Below, piece by piece: positions 45,760 to 54,682 of a DNA stretch of 64,000 nucleotides. The notes below the pieces were generated by a model. That model was not told the origin of the DNA. It searched no databases and was given only the letters and a program-made list of their open reading frames with translations. Position 1 is the first letter of the stretch; each line of letters begins with the position of its first letter. Location of the stretch: positions 38,798 through 102,797 of IMG/VR virus record IMGVR_UViG_3300049434_000028; one strand, given 5' to 3'. Source of the DNA: a virus. Position numbers and translations under genes: made by a program.

Positions 45760-46072
45760 ATGGACGAGCTTCGTACGCGCACCGTGCACGTCAGCATCGG
45801 CAACACCGACGGCAAGCTCACCCAGGCACGGTGGTCGAACTTCCTCGCAGCCATGTACTCGACAGTGAACGCCGTACGCGGATCGCATGCACGGCGTCTG
45901 GTACTCCCTGCCGACATCGGCGTACACGAACGCCTGCTGGTCGTTCGACGTCGCCGAGGTGAACATCGACCTGCTGCGTGGTGCGCTCGCCATGCGTGCA
46001 CGCCAGTACGACCAGGACTCGATCGCTTGGCTGTCGGGCGAAACCGAGTTCATCGCGGGCGAGAAGCAATGA
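45760..46072 (+). pseudogene. Hypothetical gene split by a +1 frameshift near 45872
   Basis: TVHVSIGNTDGKLTQ..W in one frame continues as HG.W.S.P..NACW..YDQDSIAW..G.TEFI in the +1 frame. Confidence 0.55.
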
Positions 46073-46503
46073 CACCGCTGTGCGATTGCGAGCCAGGCCC
46101 TGGCATGCACGGGGACCGCAACCTGTGCCCCGTGCACGGTGTGTTCAGCACGTCAGCATCTCCTGAGCAGGACGCCATTGCGCGCATGCTGGCCAAGCAG
46201 TGGGCCGCGTACACCTGCGGGCCTACAGGCACCTGGACGCAACGTTGGATCCCCGGCGTCTGCAAGCACGAAGCTGTTCGTTGCACGCATGGTGATGAGA
46301 TCATCCACCGCGGATTCCGTCGCCGCGTCTGCTTTGCCTGCGGGCGTGCGTTACGCGGCCCGCTGCCGGTGCTGTGCTTCTTCACCGACGAGCCGCACAC
46401 CGAGACTGACGTTGTAGGGCGCATTCGTAAGCTGACCGACAAGGATTACGCACAGCAGCGTTCACAGCTCTTGAAGTGGGCGAATCGGCGCTTGGAGCGC
46501 TAG
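46069..46503 (+). CDS. Cys/His-rich hypothetical protein
   Basis: CDC..CPVHG; C.H..RC.HGDEI..C..CG. Confidence 0.55.
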   Translation: MTPLCDCEPGPGMHGDRNLCPVHGVFSTSASPEQDAIARMLAKQWAAYTCGPTGTWTQRWIPGVCKHEAVRCTHGDEIIHRGFRRRVCFACGRALRGPLPVLCFFTDEPHTETDVVGRIRKLTDKDYAQQRSQLLKWANRRLER

Positions 46504-46870
46504 GCGTAGTCCTCGTCACGCAGATACGGCCGCCAGTCGGCGTTCTTGGACCGGGTCGTCATGTGGTCGTACGGCCGCTCCGGGTCGGACAGCAGCTTGC
46601 GGTCGGTCTTCCATTCATCGGTGTCATCGTCGTCCAGCCAGCGCGCCGCCATCACGTTCCAGCCCAGAACGTCTCCAGCCATTGGTGCCCGCACGCCAGG
46701 CACTCCTTCGACGTCAGGTCCCAGCTCTCCATAGCCTGCCAGATCACACGCACGAATCGAGCTGGATGCGTGCACGTCATGTCAGGCATCCTTGTCTCGC
46801 TCCACAGCAATGGCTGCGATGCACCAGCAGACGCCCGCCCAACAGAGCACAACCAACACCATCATCAGCG

Positions 46871-47122
46871 TCACAGCTCAATCAACCCTTCGCCGACATG
46901 GCGCACCATCTCGGGAATCGCGTCAGCCGGGAGCAGCGTGTCGCCTATGGGCATGCCGTACTTGTTCAGGATCTGCACGAACGAGTCCCAGTACATCAAC
47001 GGCACGAGCCAGCCCGAGGACGTCGCGGTCCCGTCCGGCTGGATCTGCATGCAGCTCACCGCGAACGCGCTCACATCCTTGGACGACGGCAGGTCGCTCA
47101 TGGCATACCTTTCATCAAGCAC
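46871..47122 (-). CDS. Hypothetical protein
   Basis: Protein-like ORF. Confidence 0.45.
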   Translation of the reverse strand: MLDERYAMSDLPSSKDVSAFAVSCMQIQPDGTATSSGWLVPLMYWDSFVQILNKYGMPIGDTLLPADAIPEMVRHVGEGLIEL

Positions 47123-47203
47123 TCAGGGCAATGGGTGTCGGTGCTGTGCTCGGTGATCTCGTACGTGCACGCGCATCTGCAGCATCGTCGCAACGGTGCT
47201 TGA

Positions 47204-47434
47204 TCAGCCTGCTGCATCCTTGTCCTCCTCGGCCCGCTCCAACCACGCACGCACGGTACTGATGAGCAGCGCCTCGGGGTAGTGCGTCGGCATCAACGCT
47301 GCAGCATCCCAATCCACCAGGCGCACGCCGTCATCATCCGGCGGTGTCAGCTTGATACGGATGATCAGTACCGCGTCATCGTTGTAGCTGGCTGGAGCCT
47401 CGATCATCCGCCCGTACATCTCTGCACGGTTCAT
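47204..47434 (-). CDS. Hypothetical protein
   Basis: Coupled ORF. Confidence 0.5.
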   Translation of the reverse strand: MNRAEMYGRMIEAPASYNDDAVLIIRIKLTPPDDDGVRLVDWDAAALMPTHYPEALLISTVRAWLERAEEDKDAAG

Positions 47435-47700
47435 CGGCCGTGATTGGGATGGTCGCTCGGTGCGCCACAGATGCTGCAGTGCGGGGGGCCATCATGGCCC
47501 AGATCCGCGCACAGGCTGTATTCGTGCGTGTGGGTGTAGGTCTCGGTGAGGTGCTCGCCGTCCAGATCCCAGTAGCCGATGACGCGCCTGCAGAGCGCGC
47601 ACAGCAGCGGGCACCGACCGCTGTCCAGCTTGCGAATCCGCCCACCCTGGTGCATGCACGCATTCGCGCGTTGCACCGCTTGGTCCGAGTAAGAGTCCAT
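47431..47700 (-). CDS. HCCH-module protein, leaderless
   Basis: TACGCT-N7-ATG; THEY..CSICGAPSDHPNH. Confidence 0.55.
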   Translation of the reverse strand: MDSYSDQAVQRANACMHQGGRIRKLDSGRCPLLCALCRRVIGYWDLDGEHLTETYTHTHEYSLCADLGHDGPPHCSICGAPSDHPNHGR

Positions 47701-47718
47701 GGATGACAGCGTAGACCT

Positions 47719-48384
47719 CTAGCGCTTGATGGTCAGGATGACCGGCGCAGGTTGCGCGGTAGGCGGTGCGTCGAACGTGCACGCCCACGGATCGGTCGGT
47801 ACGGCAGGCGGTGTGCAGGTGCCCTGCGTCGGGGTAGATCCTTTCTCGCCCTGGGGTCCAGCCGGTCCCGCGTCTCCCTTGACACCACGGGGACCGGGAT
47901 CACCCGCTGGGCCCTGGGGACCAGCAGGGCCAGGATCGCCCTGCGTGCCCGGCTGCCCGTCCTTGCCATCCTTACCGTTCTGGCCGTCCTTGCCAGGCGG
48001 GCCCGGATCACCCTGCGGCCCAGGCACACCAGGAGCACCCTGTAGGCCGCGCTCGCCGCGTGCACCCGTTGCTCCCGGCGCACCGGGCAACGCGATGATG
48101 TGCGGAGCTGGGACCACCGGAGTGATGCCCTTGCTGGTGAGCTGCTTGCGCAACGCTGCGATGTCCTCGCTGTACTGAGTGCGCAGATCGTCGAACCCCT
48201 GCTGGTTGCGATCCGCCTTGGTGACCGCACGATTGACACCGAAGATGACGTAGACCACGACCAGCACCGCGAGCACGAACACAGCGATTGCGAAGAACAA
48301 GAACTTACGACCCATCACATGGTTGAGGGGAGCACGTTCGACGACCTCTACGGTCGGCTCTTCATCCAGCTCCAGCATGTTCAT
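47719..48384 (-). CDS. Membrane-anchored collagen-like protein
   Basis: TM, coiled coil, about 27 Gly-X-Y triplets, C-terminal TC..W.C. Confidence 0.8.
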   Translation of the reverse strand: MNMLELDEEPTVEVVERAPLNHVMGRKFLFFAIAVFVLAVLVVVYVIFGVNRAVTKADRNQQGFDDLRTQYSEDIAALRKQLTSKGITPVVPAPHIIALPGAPGATGARGERGLQGAPGVPGPQGDPGPPGKDGQNGKDGKDGQPGTQGDPGPAGPQGPAGDPGPRGVKGDAGPAGPQGEKGSTPTQGTCTPPAVPTDPWACTFDAPPTAQPAPVILTIKR

Positions 48385-48626
48385 CGCTGCCTGCGCTCCT
48401 GTCCGCCTACGGCCTTGCGCTCTTCCATGCGTGCGATCTTCGCTTCCAGTGCCTCTTCACGCCGGAGCATGGCCAGCTCGCGCGCGGCCCGCTCTGCATC
48501 CACCTGCTTACGGTAGTCCGCGTACTCCTTGGCAAGATCCCCGTTCTGCTTGAACACGTACCCGAACAGCGTGCCGAACAAGGCGATCAGCCCGCCCAAC
48601 ACGGAAGCGACAAGTCCTGGGTCCAC
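48381..48626 (-). CDS. TM plus coiled-coil protein (holin-like)
   Basis: GGAGGA RBS; N-terminal TM. Confidence 0.6.
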   Translation of the reverse strand: MDPGLVASVLGGLIALFGTLFGYVFKQNGDLAKEYADYRKQVDAERAARELAMLRREEALEAKIARMEERKAVGGQERRQR

Positions 48627-48746
48627 GCCGAGTCCTCCTCCCGGATTGCGCGGTCGATTCACGCTACGAGCGGGGCGGGTGGTCAGCCGCCGTGCTCGCA
48701 ATATAAGCCGGTATCAGGACGTGGCTGTTCGATAGCGGACAGCAAA

Positions 48747-48787
48747 CAGCCCTACCGCGGAAACGGGGGGAAAACGCGGTAGGGCTG
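48747..48787 (-). terminator. 13-bp stem hairpin, probable terminator
   Basis: CAGCCCTACCGCG / CGCGGTAGGGCTG; TTTG follows on the minus strand. Confidence 0.6.
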
Positions 48788-48888
48788 CTTGGGGGTGCCG
48801 TGGCTGACCGACATGACCACGGCCGACGTGTTCTGCTGCGCGCCCGGCGAAGGTTAGCGACAGGAAGTCGGTACGTCCGCTGATGATG

Positions 48889-49284
48889 CTAGGTCGGCTC
48901 ATCCACGGTGTCCAGCAACTCGCTCCATTCGCCCGAATGGTTGGCGCGGCAGGTGATGCAAGTCCTCAACACGCCGTCCTTGTGCCAGTTCACCTCGCGC
49001 ACGTCATCGAGCTGTCCACCGGCTCCACAGATCTCGCAGTCGTCCAACGTCGGCTCCTCGTATCCCGGAATCCTGCGCCCCAGCCCAGTGACCTGGGTGA
49101 CGTACAGGCTGGCCCGCTTGTGCTCCTTGAACAGCTCCTTGGCGTGCACGGTGGGCAGGCCCACGGGCTCGTAGCCCTTGGCGCGCACACGTCGCTCGTA
49201 CAGCCGGATCAGCGTCGCCTCCAGCGGATCCGCACCGCTGTGGATGATCGCGGCATCGACGGCGACCAGCTCGTCAGCCTCCAC
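48889..49284 (-). CDS. Zn-ribbon hypothetical protein
   Basis: CEIC..CITC. Confidence 0.5.
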   Translation of the reverse strand: MEADELVAVDAAIIHSGADPLEATLIRLYERRVRAKGYEPVGLPTVHAKELFKEHKRASLYVTQVTGLGRRIPGYEEPTLDDCEICGAGGQLDDVREVNWHKDGVLRTCITCRANHSGEWSELLDTVDEPT

Positions 49285-49588
49285 CGCTGCTCGCCTGCCA
49301 CGCCTTGAAGTCCGCGGTGGTCCAGGAGGGCTTCTCCTTGAGCGCAACGACTCTGGTCAGCTCGGCACGCCGCTCGGCGGCCTGCTGCTTGGTCCGGCTG
49401 CAGCCGACGCACATCTGCTCGCCCGCATCGTTGAGCACCGTCGGGTAGAGCGCGTGCACGCAGGCATCGCGCAGCCGCTCCATGGTCTCCCAGTGCGTGG
49501 GGTCGGTGCGGCTGGCCATCTCGGCCAGGATCATCTTGCCGGACATCTTCAGCGGGCTCTCGCTGTCACCCTCGTACACCGTCGTCAT
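49274..49588 (-). CDS. Hypothetical protein
   Basis: C.H..CVGC; AGGAG RBS. Confidence 0.5.
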   Translation of the reverse strand: MTTVYEGDSESPLKMSGKMILAEMASRTDPTHWETMERLRDACVHALYPTVLNDAGEQMCVGCSRTKQQAAERRAELTRVVALKEKPSWTTADFKAWQASSGGG

Positions 49589-49647
49589 GCTGTCTCCTGT
49601 TGCCCTACGCTGGCCCGAGTACTCGGACCAATCATTCAGGAGCACGC

Positions 49648-49878
49648 ATGGCCACGCCAGACCTCTTCGACGTCCCCGTACCAGCGGACGCGCCCACGCC
49701 CGCCTTCGACGCCATGCTGACCGAGCGAGGCGATCCACGAGGGCCTGGCCCGACGCACCTCTGCTCAGTGTGCAAGAAGGTCCAGCCGCTGCTCGGCGGG
49801 CACACCTGCAAGACCTCTGCGCGCCCCGCTAAGAGCCCCGCGGCGCGTAAGCCTACGATCGTGCATCCCAGCCCCTGA
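49648..49878 (+). CDS. Small Zn-finger protein
   Basis: HLCSVC..GHTC; TACGCT promoter, CTCGGACCA, AGGAG. Confidence 0.55.
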   Translation: MATPDLFDVPVPADAPTPAFDAMLTERGDPRGPGPTHLCSVCKKVQPLLGGHTCKTSARPAKSPAARKPTIVHPSP

Positions 49879-49884
49879 GGGGAG

Positions 49885-51357
49885 TTACTCGGCCTTGCCC
49901 TGGATGACACGGCCGAGCACGCGGTCGGTGTCCTGCGGGCCTAGCTGCGTGGCGATGGGATTGGCCAGGTCGGCCGCCTTCTCGCCGAACAGCCGGGACA
50001 ACACGCCGCTCTTGCCCTTGGCCTCCACCGACATGCGGAAGAACTCGCGATCGTCCTCCAGCTCGGCCTGCACCTGGAACGTCTTGAGCAGCCGATCGAA
50101 CTCCTGGCTGGTGTTCGGGTCGGCGTAGCCGCCGGACAGCTCCTCGCGAAAGCGCATGAACGCCAGCCGCTGGGCTTGCATCTCGACCATGCCGTTCATC
50201 AACGCCTTGCGCTGGCTGGCCGTGCGCACCTCGATCGGCAGGTCATAGGAGCAGCTCGTGTCCTCCTTGAACGCCGGGCACTCCGCACGCACGAAGCAGG
50301 TGTTGCAGACGCGCTGCGGGGTGCTGGAGACGACCGGCAGCGAGGTGCGCACCATCTGGTTGGAGCCGGAGTCGATGGCCTCCTCGTGCGTGAATCCGAA
50401 CACCGGCAGAGTGCGCATCTCTGCTGCGTCACGCATGCGCAGGGCAACTGGTTCTTTCCGTGCCCCTTCCGACAACTGGGCAACTGCTGCACCAGGACCC
50501 TCTAGCGCCTGGCCAACCTCCTGCGCACCACGACGGGTTACCCGCTCACCATTCATGCTCGCCTCGTACTGCAGCCAGCTCCAGACGCTCACACGCACGA
50601 CCTCGCGAGGATCGTCATCGTTGATCTTCGCCACATCGAAGCCAGCGCGCTCGAAGTCGTTGCGGTGGCGCATGCGCGCCTGGTCCTTCATCTTCATGGG
50701 GTAACGGACGAGCCGCGCGCCGTCCCAGATGATCGTCTCGCCGAAGCGCATAGGGCTCAGCCAGGACGTGCTGCTGGCCGAGCTGAAGCGAACGTGGCGG
50801 ATGGCGTCCGGCCGGGACATGGCCAGCCCGTGCAGCTTGACGCCGCTGTTCGCCAGCTTGTTCAGGTGCGGGGTGATGTTGAGCCCTGGCATGGCGATGT
50901 TGGCCTGCGCGATGCCGACGCGCTTGTAGCGCTCGGCCAGGGCCTCCAGCGCCGTCGCGCCCTGCTCGGGGTGCCACACCGGCAGGAACTGGTCCGGGTC
51001 GATGTGGTCCCACACGTCGCGGCGCATGGCCTCGATGTAGCCCTGTCCGAGCGCCAGGCAGTCGAACTCGCTGACGATGTCGATCTCGTGGATGTGCTCC
51101 TGGGCGAAGTCGGCGTACCCGCGGCCGTACTCCCGCCACTCGCCCTGGGTCAGCTTCCCCGCGTCTTTGTTTGCGGTGAACCCGCCGCTGTCCAGGAAGA
51201 CGCTAGAGAAGCCCCAGTCCATGCTGTAGGCCTTCTTCTTCGGCAGCCGCTTACGCACGGCGTAGTAGCTCAGCCCCACGTTCTCGACGCCCATGTCGCG
51301 CAGCAATGACCGCCACGCCGCTTGTTCGGCGCCGAGGTAGTAGAGGTGGAAGCTCAC
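49885..51357 (-). CDS. tRNA-guanine transglycosylase (TGT/DpdA)-like TIM barrel fused to a Cys4 and helical C-terminal domain
   Basis: FLDSGGF, EFD, FLPVWH, KLHGLA, SASSTSW..RFG; CNTC..CP..C. Confidence 0.7.
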   Translation of the reverse strand: MSFHLYYLGAEQAAWRSLLRDMGVENVGLSYYAVRKRLPKKKAYSMDWGFSSVFLDSGGFTANKDAGKLTQGEWREYGRGYADFAQEHIHEIDIVSEFDCLALGQGYIEAMRRDVWDHIDPDQFLPVWHPEQGATALEALAERYKRVGIAQANIAMPGLNITPHLNKLANSGVKLHGLAMSRPDAIRHVRFSSASSTSWLSPMRFGETIIWDGARLVRYPMKMKDQARMRHRNDFERAGFDVAKINDDDPREVVRVSVWSWLQYEASMNGERVTRRGAQEVGQALEGPGAAVAQLSEGARKEPVALRMRDAAEMRTLPVFGFTHEEAIDSGSNQMVRTSLPVVSSTPQRVCNTCFVRAECPAFKEDTSCSYDLPIEVRTASQRKALMNGMVEMQAQRLAFMRFREELSGGYADPNTSQEFDRLLKTFQVQAELEDDREFFRMSVEAKGKSGVLSRLFGEKAADLANPIATQLGPQDTDRVLGRVIQGKAE

Positions 51358-51395
51358 GTCGTGCCCCTTGTCCTGGCCCAATGGTGCAGCCCAGG

Positions 51396-51755
51396 CTAAC
51401 CGTGCATGGGGTCGGACGCTGGTAGGCCACAGCCGGATCGGAATCCGTCGGCCGCCGTGAACAGGTGCCCGCAGCCCCCCGCCCTGTGCCACCCTGCCTT
51501 GCTCGGTACGAACTCGTGCGTCGTCGGCCGCTGCTTCAGCTCGGCCAGTAGTACCTGCGCGAGCGCGGCCACGAGCATCTCCTGCATGCCATTGAAGTCG
51601 GTCGGATTCACCATCGTGGACACCACCTGCCGTGCGGTGTTGATCACCACGGACCGGTGCACGATCTGCCGTGCGGTGTTGATCGCGTGGTAGACCTCGG
51701 CGTTGGTCATGTACAGCAACGACGCCTTGGCCACCAGCTCGTCATCGGTGGTCAT
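51396..51755 (-). CDS. Protein with C-terminal HCCH module
   Basis: THEF..C..CGLPASDPMH. Confidence 0.55.
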   Translation of the reverse strand: MTTDDELVAKASLLYMTNAEVYHAINTARQIVHRSVVINTARQVVSTMVNPTDFNGMQEMLVAALAQVLLAELKQRPTTHEFVPSKAGWHRAGGCGHLFTAADGFRSGCGLPASDPMHG

Positions 51756-51758
51756 CGC

Positions 51759-51950
51759 TCAGACCTCCGTGCAGTACTGGCAGGTGAAGAAATTCTCGGT
51801 CGGGTGCTTGCCGCAGGCCATGTCCATCGTGGCTGACCCTGTGATGGCCGCGTGGAACTCCGGCTGGGCTACGTGCTGCCAGACCCGATCAAGCGCGTCC
51901 AGCACGATCGGCTCCCCGCACACCGCGCACATACCCTGTAGCTCAGTCAC
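51759..51950 (-). CDS. Small Zn-finger protein
   Basis: CAVCGEPI..W.H..H; C..H..CQYC. Confidence 0.55.
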   Translation of the reverse strand: MTELQGMCAVCGEPIVLDALDRVWQHVAQPEFHAAITGSATMDMACGKHPTENFFTCQYCTEV

Positions 51951-52080
51951 GGAGAACCCTCGCCTTTATCGTCCACTGCTCGGCGAGACGCATGACCTTG
52001 TCGGAGTCCACCTCGAACTCGTCGTCCACCAGCTCGCCGACCAGCGAGCGCATCTCTTCCAGGTTGGCATCGGGGTCCAT
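51943..52080 (-). CDS. 45-aa protein MDPDANLEEMR (not in ORF track)
   Basis: GGAGG RBS; manual translation. Confidence 0.5.
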   Translation of the reverse strand: MDPDANLEEMRSLVGELVDDEFEVDSDKVMRLAEQWTIKARVLRD

Positions 52081-52091
52081 CTGATCCTCCA

Positions 52092-52541
52092 TCAGGGTTT
52101 GGACTGCAGGACGTGCAGGCGTGCCAGTACATCTGCACCGTAGTCATGACCGGTGGTGAAGCGATCGCTGTCGCCCGCGGCGATGCCCTTGCGAGCACCA
52201 CCTGCTCCCGCGTTGTACGCAGAGAGCGCCGACTTGACGTTGCCACCGAACTCCGCGATCAGATCGTGCAGCAGCTTGCCTGCCATCTCGGCTTGCAGCT
52301 CGATTGGGAAGGGGTTGGGGATGTGGTGGCTGCGGTCGTCGAGCTGCCAAGTACCGCGGCCATGGCCACCGTCACCAGGGTGCTGCTCGTAGAACTCGGC
52401 CAGGTTAGTCTCACGGCTGCCGAGGGCGTACAGGATGCGCTTCGGCAGCCCGTACTTCGTCTCGATGACATGGGTGACGCCAGGGTGGCGCTGGCTGAAG
52501 GCGTGGGCCTGGTTCCATAGCTCGTGCTCGCTGATATTCAT
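52092..52541 (-). CDS. Lysozyme-superfamily muramidase, goose-type/GH23-like
   Basis: SRETN, GHGRGTWQLD.R, SAYNAG, TTGHDYGADVLAR. Confidence 0.8.
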   Translation of the reverse strand: MNISEHELWNQAHAFSQRHPGVTHVIETKYGLPKRILYALGSRETNLAEFYEQHPGDGGHGRGTWQLDDRSHHIPNPFPIELQAEMAGKLLHDLIAEFGGNVKSALSAYNAGAGGARKGIAAGDSDRFTTGHDYGADVLARLHVLQSKP

Positions 52542-52712
52542 CGTGGGCTCCTTTTGTTGGGTTCGCCCATCAGTCTTCCTCTAAAGCTAGGGAATCGCGT
52601 GCGTGACCGTCTGGACCGTAGGCGGCCCAGCACGTACGGCAGGCGAGGAGATCCATCCGCCCGCGGCGCTGAACGTCATCGGTACCCAGGCAGAGCGAGC
52701 AGGTGTCGCTCA

Positions 52713-52940
52713 TCAGATCCACACCTCCCCGTTGAACACGAGATCAGCGGTCAGCGTGATGGTGCGATCCTTCTCGCCCAACCGGACCCCGACATCGGTG
52801 CGCTCCAGGTTGTCGCCGTTCCTGCGCATGACTGTCACGTCTGCAACCTTGCGAGCCCACGGCCGCCGAGCAACGGTGATCTCGAAGCGACCGTCGACCG
52901 GCTTCCAGTCTTCCTCGGTGAACACGATGAGCGTCCTCAT
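52713..52940 (-). CDS. Hypothetical protein
   Basis: Coupled ORF. Confidence 0.5.
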   Translation of the reverse strand: MRTLIVFTEEDWKPVDGRFEITVARRPWARKVADVTVMRRNGDNLERTDVGVRLGEKDRTITLTADLVFNGEVWI

Positions 52941-53302
52941 CCCAGCATCTCCAGCAGTTCGATCTGCTTCTCGATCGCGAACCGCTCGATCGGGTTGTCG
53001 ATCCCGCCCAGCCGGTTGCGCAGAGCGTTGAGCTTCTGAGCCCTAGTCAGGTTGCTGCTGATGCCGAGCGCCTCGATGACCGCAGGCGATTCCTGCTGCG
53101 CGGGAACGGCACGCATGTGCGCCTCGGACTCGGCCAGGTCGGCCTCCAGCTCCTCGCTGCGCTGCTCGATGTAGCGCTGCCGCAGGAACTCGTTGACGAC
53201 CGCCGAAACGTTGGTGCCCTCGGCAGCAGTGCCCTCCATCGCCCTGTCCCACAGCTCGTCGCTGATGCGGATGTTCCGCTTGGTCGTACCCCTACTCGGC
53301 AT
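52937..53302 (-). CDS. Ribbon-helix-helix DNA-binding protein
   Basis: T.KRNIRISDELW..A..EG..VS.VV..FL. Confidence 0.75.
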   Translation of the reverse strand: MPSRGTTKRNIRISDELWDRAMEGTAAEGTNVSAVVNEFLRQRYIEQRSEELEADLAESEAHMRAVPAQQESPAVIEALGISSNLTRAQKLNALRNRLGGIDNPIERFAIEKQIELLEMLG

Positions 53303-53591
53303 TGCCGTCTCCTTCGATCTCGCTGACGATGCGGGTGATAGGACGCGGGGGCGAGGCGGTGGGATCCAAGTCCTCCCAGAGGCGCTTCTCCCAGATGGCG
53401 ATCTCCTCGCCGAGCATCCCGAGCACGCCGCTCATGTAGCGCGAGCGCCGTACGTCATGCCAGAGATCCCCCTCCTGCTGACGGATGTCCATCAGGATGT
53501 TGATCAGCCGCAGCGCGGCCTTGTCGATGCGCGCAGCTATGTCGTGCTCGGTGAGCGGCTCGTCCGTGGACAATCGCTTGCCGCTGGCCAT
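53292..53591 (-). CDS. Hypothetical protein
   Basis: Coupled ORF. Confidence 0.5.
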   Translation of the reverse strand: MASGKRLSTDEPLTEHDIAARIDKAALRLINILMDIRQQEGDLWHDVRRSRYMSGVLGMLGEEIAIWEKRLWEDLDPTASPPRPITRIVSEIEGDGNAE

Positions 53592-53794
53592 CAGTTGTTC
53601 TTCGCCATACGTCGGCGTAGCTCGGCCTCGTCGTCCTCGGTGTGGTCCTCGTCGCACATCAACGCGTGCACGAAGGTGGCCGCGGAGCTAGCCCACGAAG
53701 GCTCCTCGCCCAGCTCCTCGAACGCCTCGTAGATGGCCTGCGCAGTAGCCGCACGCGAGTGCTCGTCCGCGAACAGCACGGCCTTGACGAACAT
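53591..53794 (-). CDS. Hypothetical protein
   Basis: Coupled ORF. Confidence 0.45.
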   Translation of the reverse strand: MFVKAVLFADEHSRAATAQAIYEAFEELGEEPSWASSAATFVHALMCDEDHTEDDEAELRRRMAKNN

Positions 53795-53937
53795 CTACCC
53801 TACCCACCGCGGATCCTTGGCGGCAATGACGCCCACGCACAACGCGACCTCGTCCATGATGTCCTCGTCCTGCGTGTGCAGCATCTCGGTTACCAGATCC
53901 TGCAGGTGCCGCTCGATCTGCTCCCAGGTCAGTCGGA

Positions 53938-54159
53938 TCACGATGTCTCCTCGTTGTAGGCCGGGTGGATGTCGAGCACGTCCCGGTCCTCCTTGTAGCC
54001 GTCGAAGTACGACGAGCCGCTCTTGGTGATGCCCTTGGTCGCCGGGTGCCTGCAGTAGGTCTCAGCCTGACTGAGCGTCAGACCACGCTTGATGACCCGC
54101 AGATTCTCGGGGTCGTCGTCCTCGAAGGTGAAGCGCACGATCTTGTACATGTTGTTCAT
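53938..54159 (-). CDS. Hypothetical protein
   Basis: YKIVRF..IKRGLTL.QA..C..P.T..FDGY. Confidence 0.6.
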   Translation of the reverse strand: MNNMYKIVRFTFEDDDPENLRVIKRGLTLSQAETYCRHPATKGITKSGSSYFDGYKEDRDVLDIHPAYNEETS

Positions 54160-54617
54160 GACGTCGCCTTGGCGTGCTCGATGGCCGCAAGGACGAGCGT
54201 GAGCACGTCGCCAGGGGTCAGGCGCTGGGAGGTGTGGTAGCGCGCCTCAGGGTTCTCACGCACCTTCTTCAGCAGCTCGTCCGACACGTCCTTGGGGAGC
54301 AGTGCGGCCAGCGCCGCCAGGTTCGCCTCGTGCTCGGCCTCCTGGGCCTCCTGGATCGCGTGCTGCTCGGCGCGCTGAGCCGCGTAGACAGCCTGCTCGG
54401 CCTCGTACTCGGCCCAGGTGCTCTTGATCCCTCGAACGTCCACAACCGACGTGCGGGTGCTGCCGTAATCCACGAAGGTCACCGTCACGCCCTTGGCGTT
54501 GGTGAAGCTGGCGCGAGAGACCAGCTCCTTGTCCACGAGCAGCACCTTCGAGGCGGTCCCGTACTTGCTCGTGTTGAAGGCGTAGTGCTCGCCTACGCGC
54601 AGGTCTGCGGTCCTCAT
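54156..54617 (-). CDS. Hypothetical early protein
   Basis: MRTADLRVGEHYA; RBS. Confidence 0.6.
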   Translation of the reverse strand: MRTADLRVGEHYAFNTSKYGTASKVLLVDKELVSRASFTNAKGVTVTFVDYGSTRTSVVDVRGIKSTWAEYEAEQAVYAAQRAEQHAIQEAQEAEHEANLAALAALLPKDVSDELLKKVRENPEARYHTSQRLTPGDVLTLVLAAIEHAKATS

Positions 54618-54642
54618 CGTGATCTCTCTTCCTGGTCCGTGT

Positions 54643-54668
54643 GCGCCCCGGCCGGATGACCGGGGCGC
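54643..54668 (-). terminator. Intergenic hairpin
   Basis: GCGCCCCGG / CCGGGGCGC. Confidence 0.5.
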
Positions 54669-54682
54669 GTAGCTGGTGGGGT

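Noticed and set aside
44739-47668. 16-bp inverted repeat CGCGAATGCGTGCATG (44739-44754 and 47653-47668) as ends of an invertible segment
   Set aside because: No recombinase nearby, and local TGCA/GCAT enrichment raises the chance of such a match
49885-51357. Confident dpdA call and 7-deazaguanine DNA modification
   Set aside because: The second catalytic Asp appears missing and no preQ0 pathway genes are in the window
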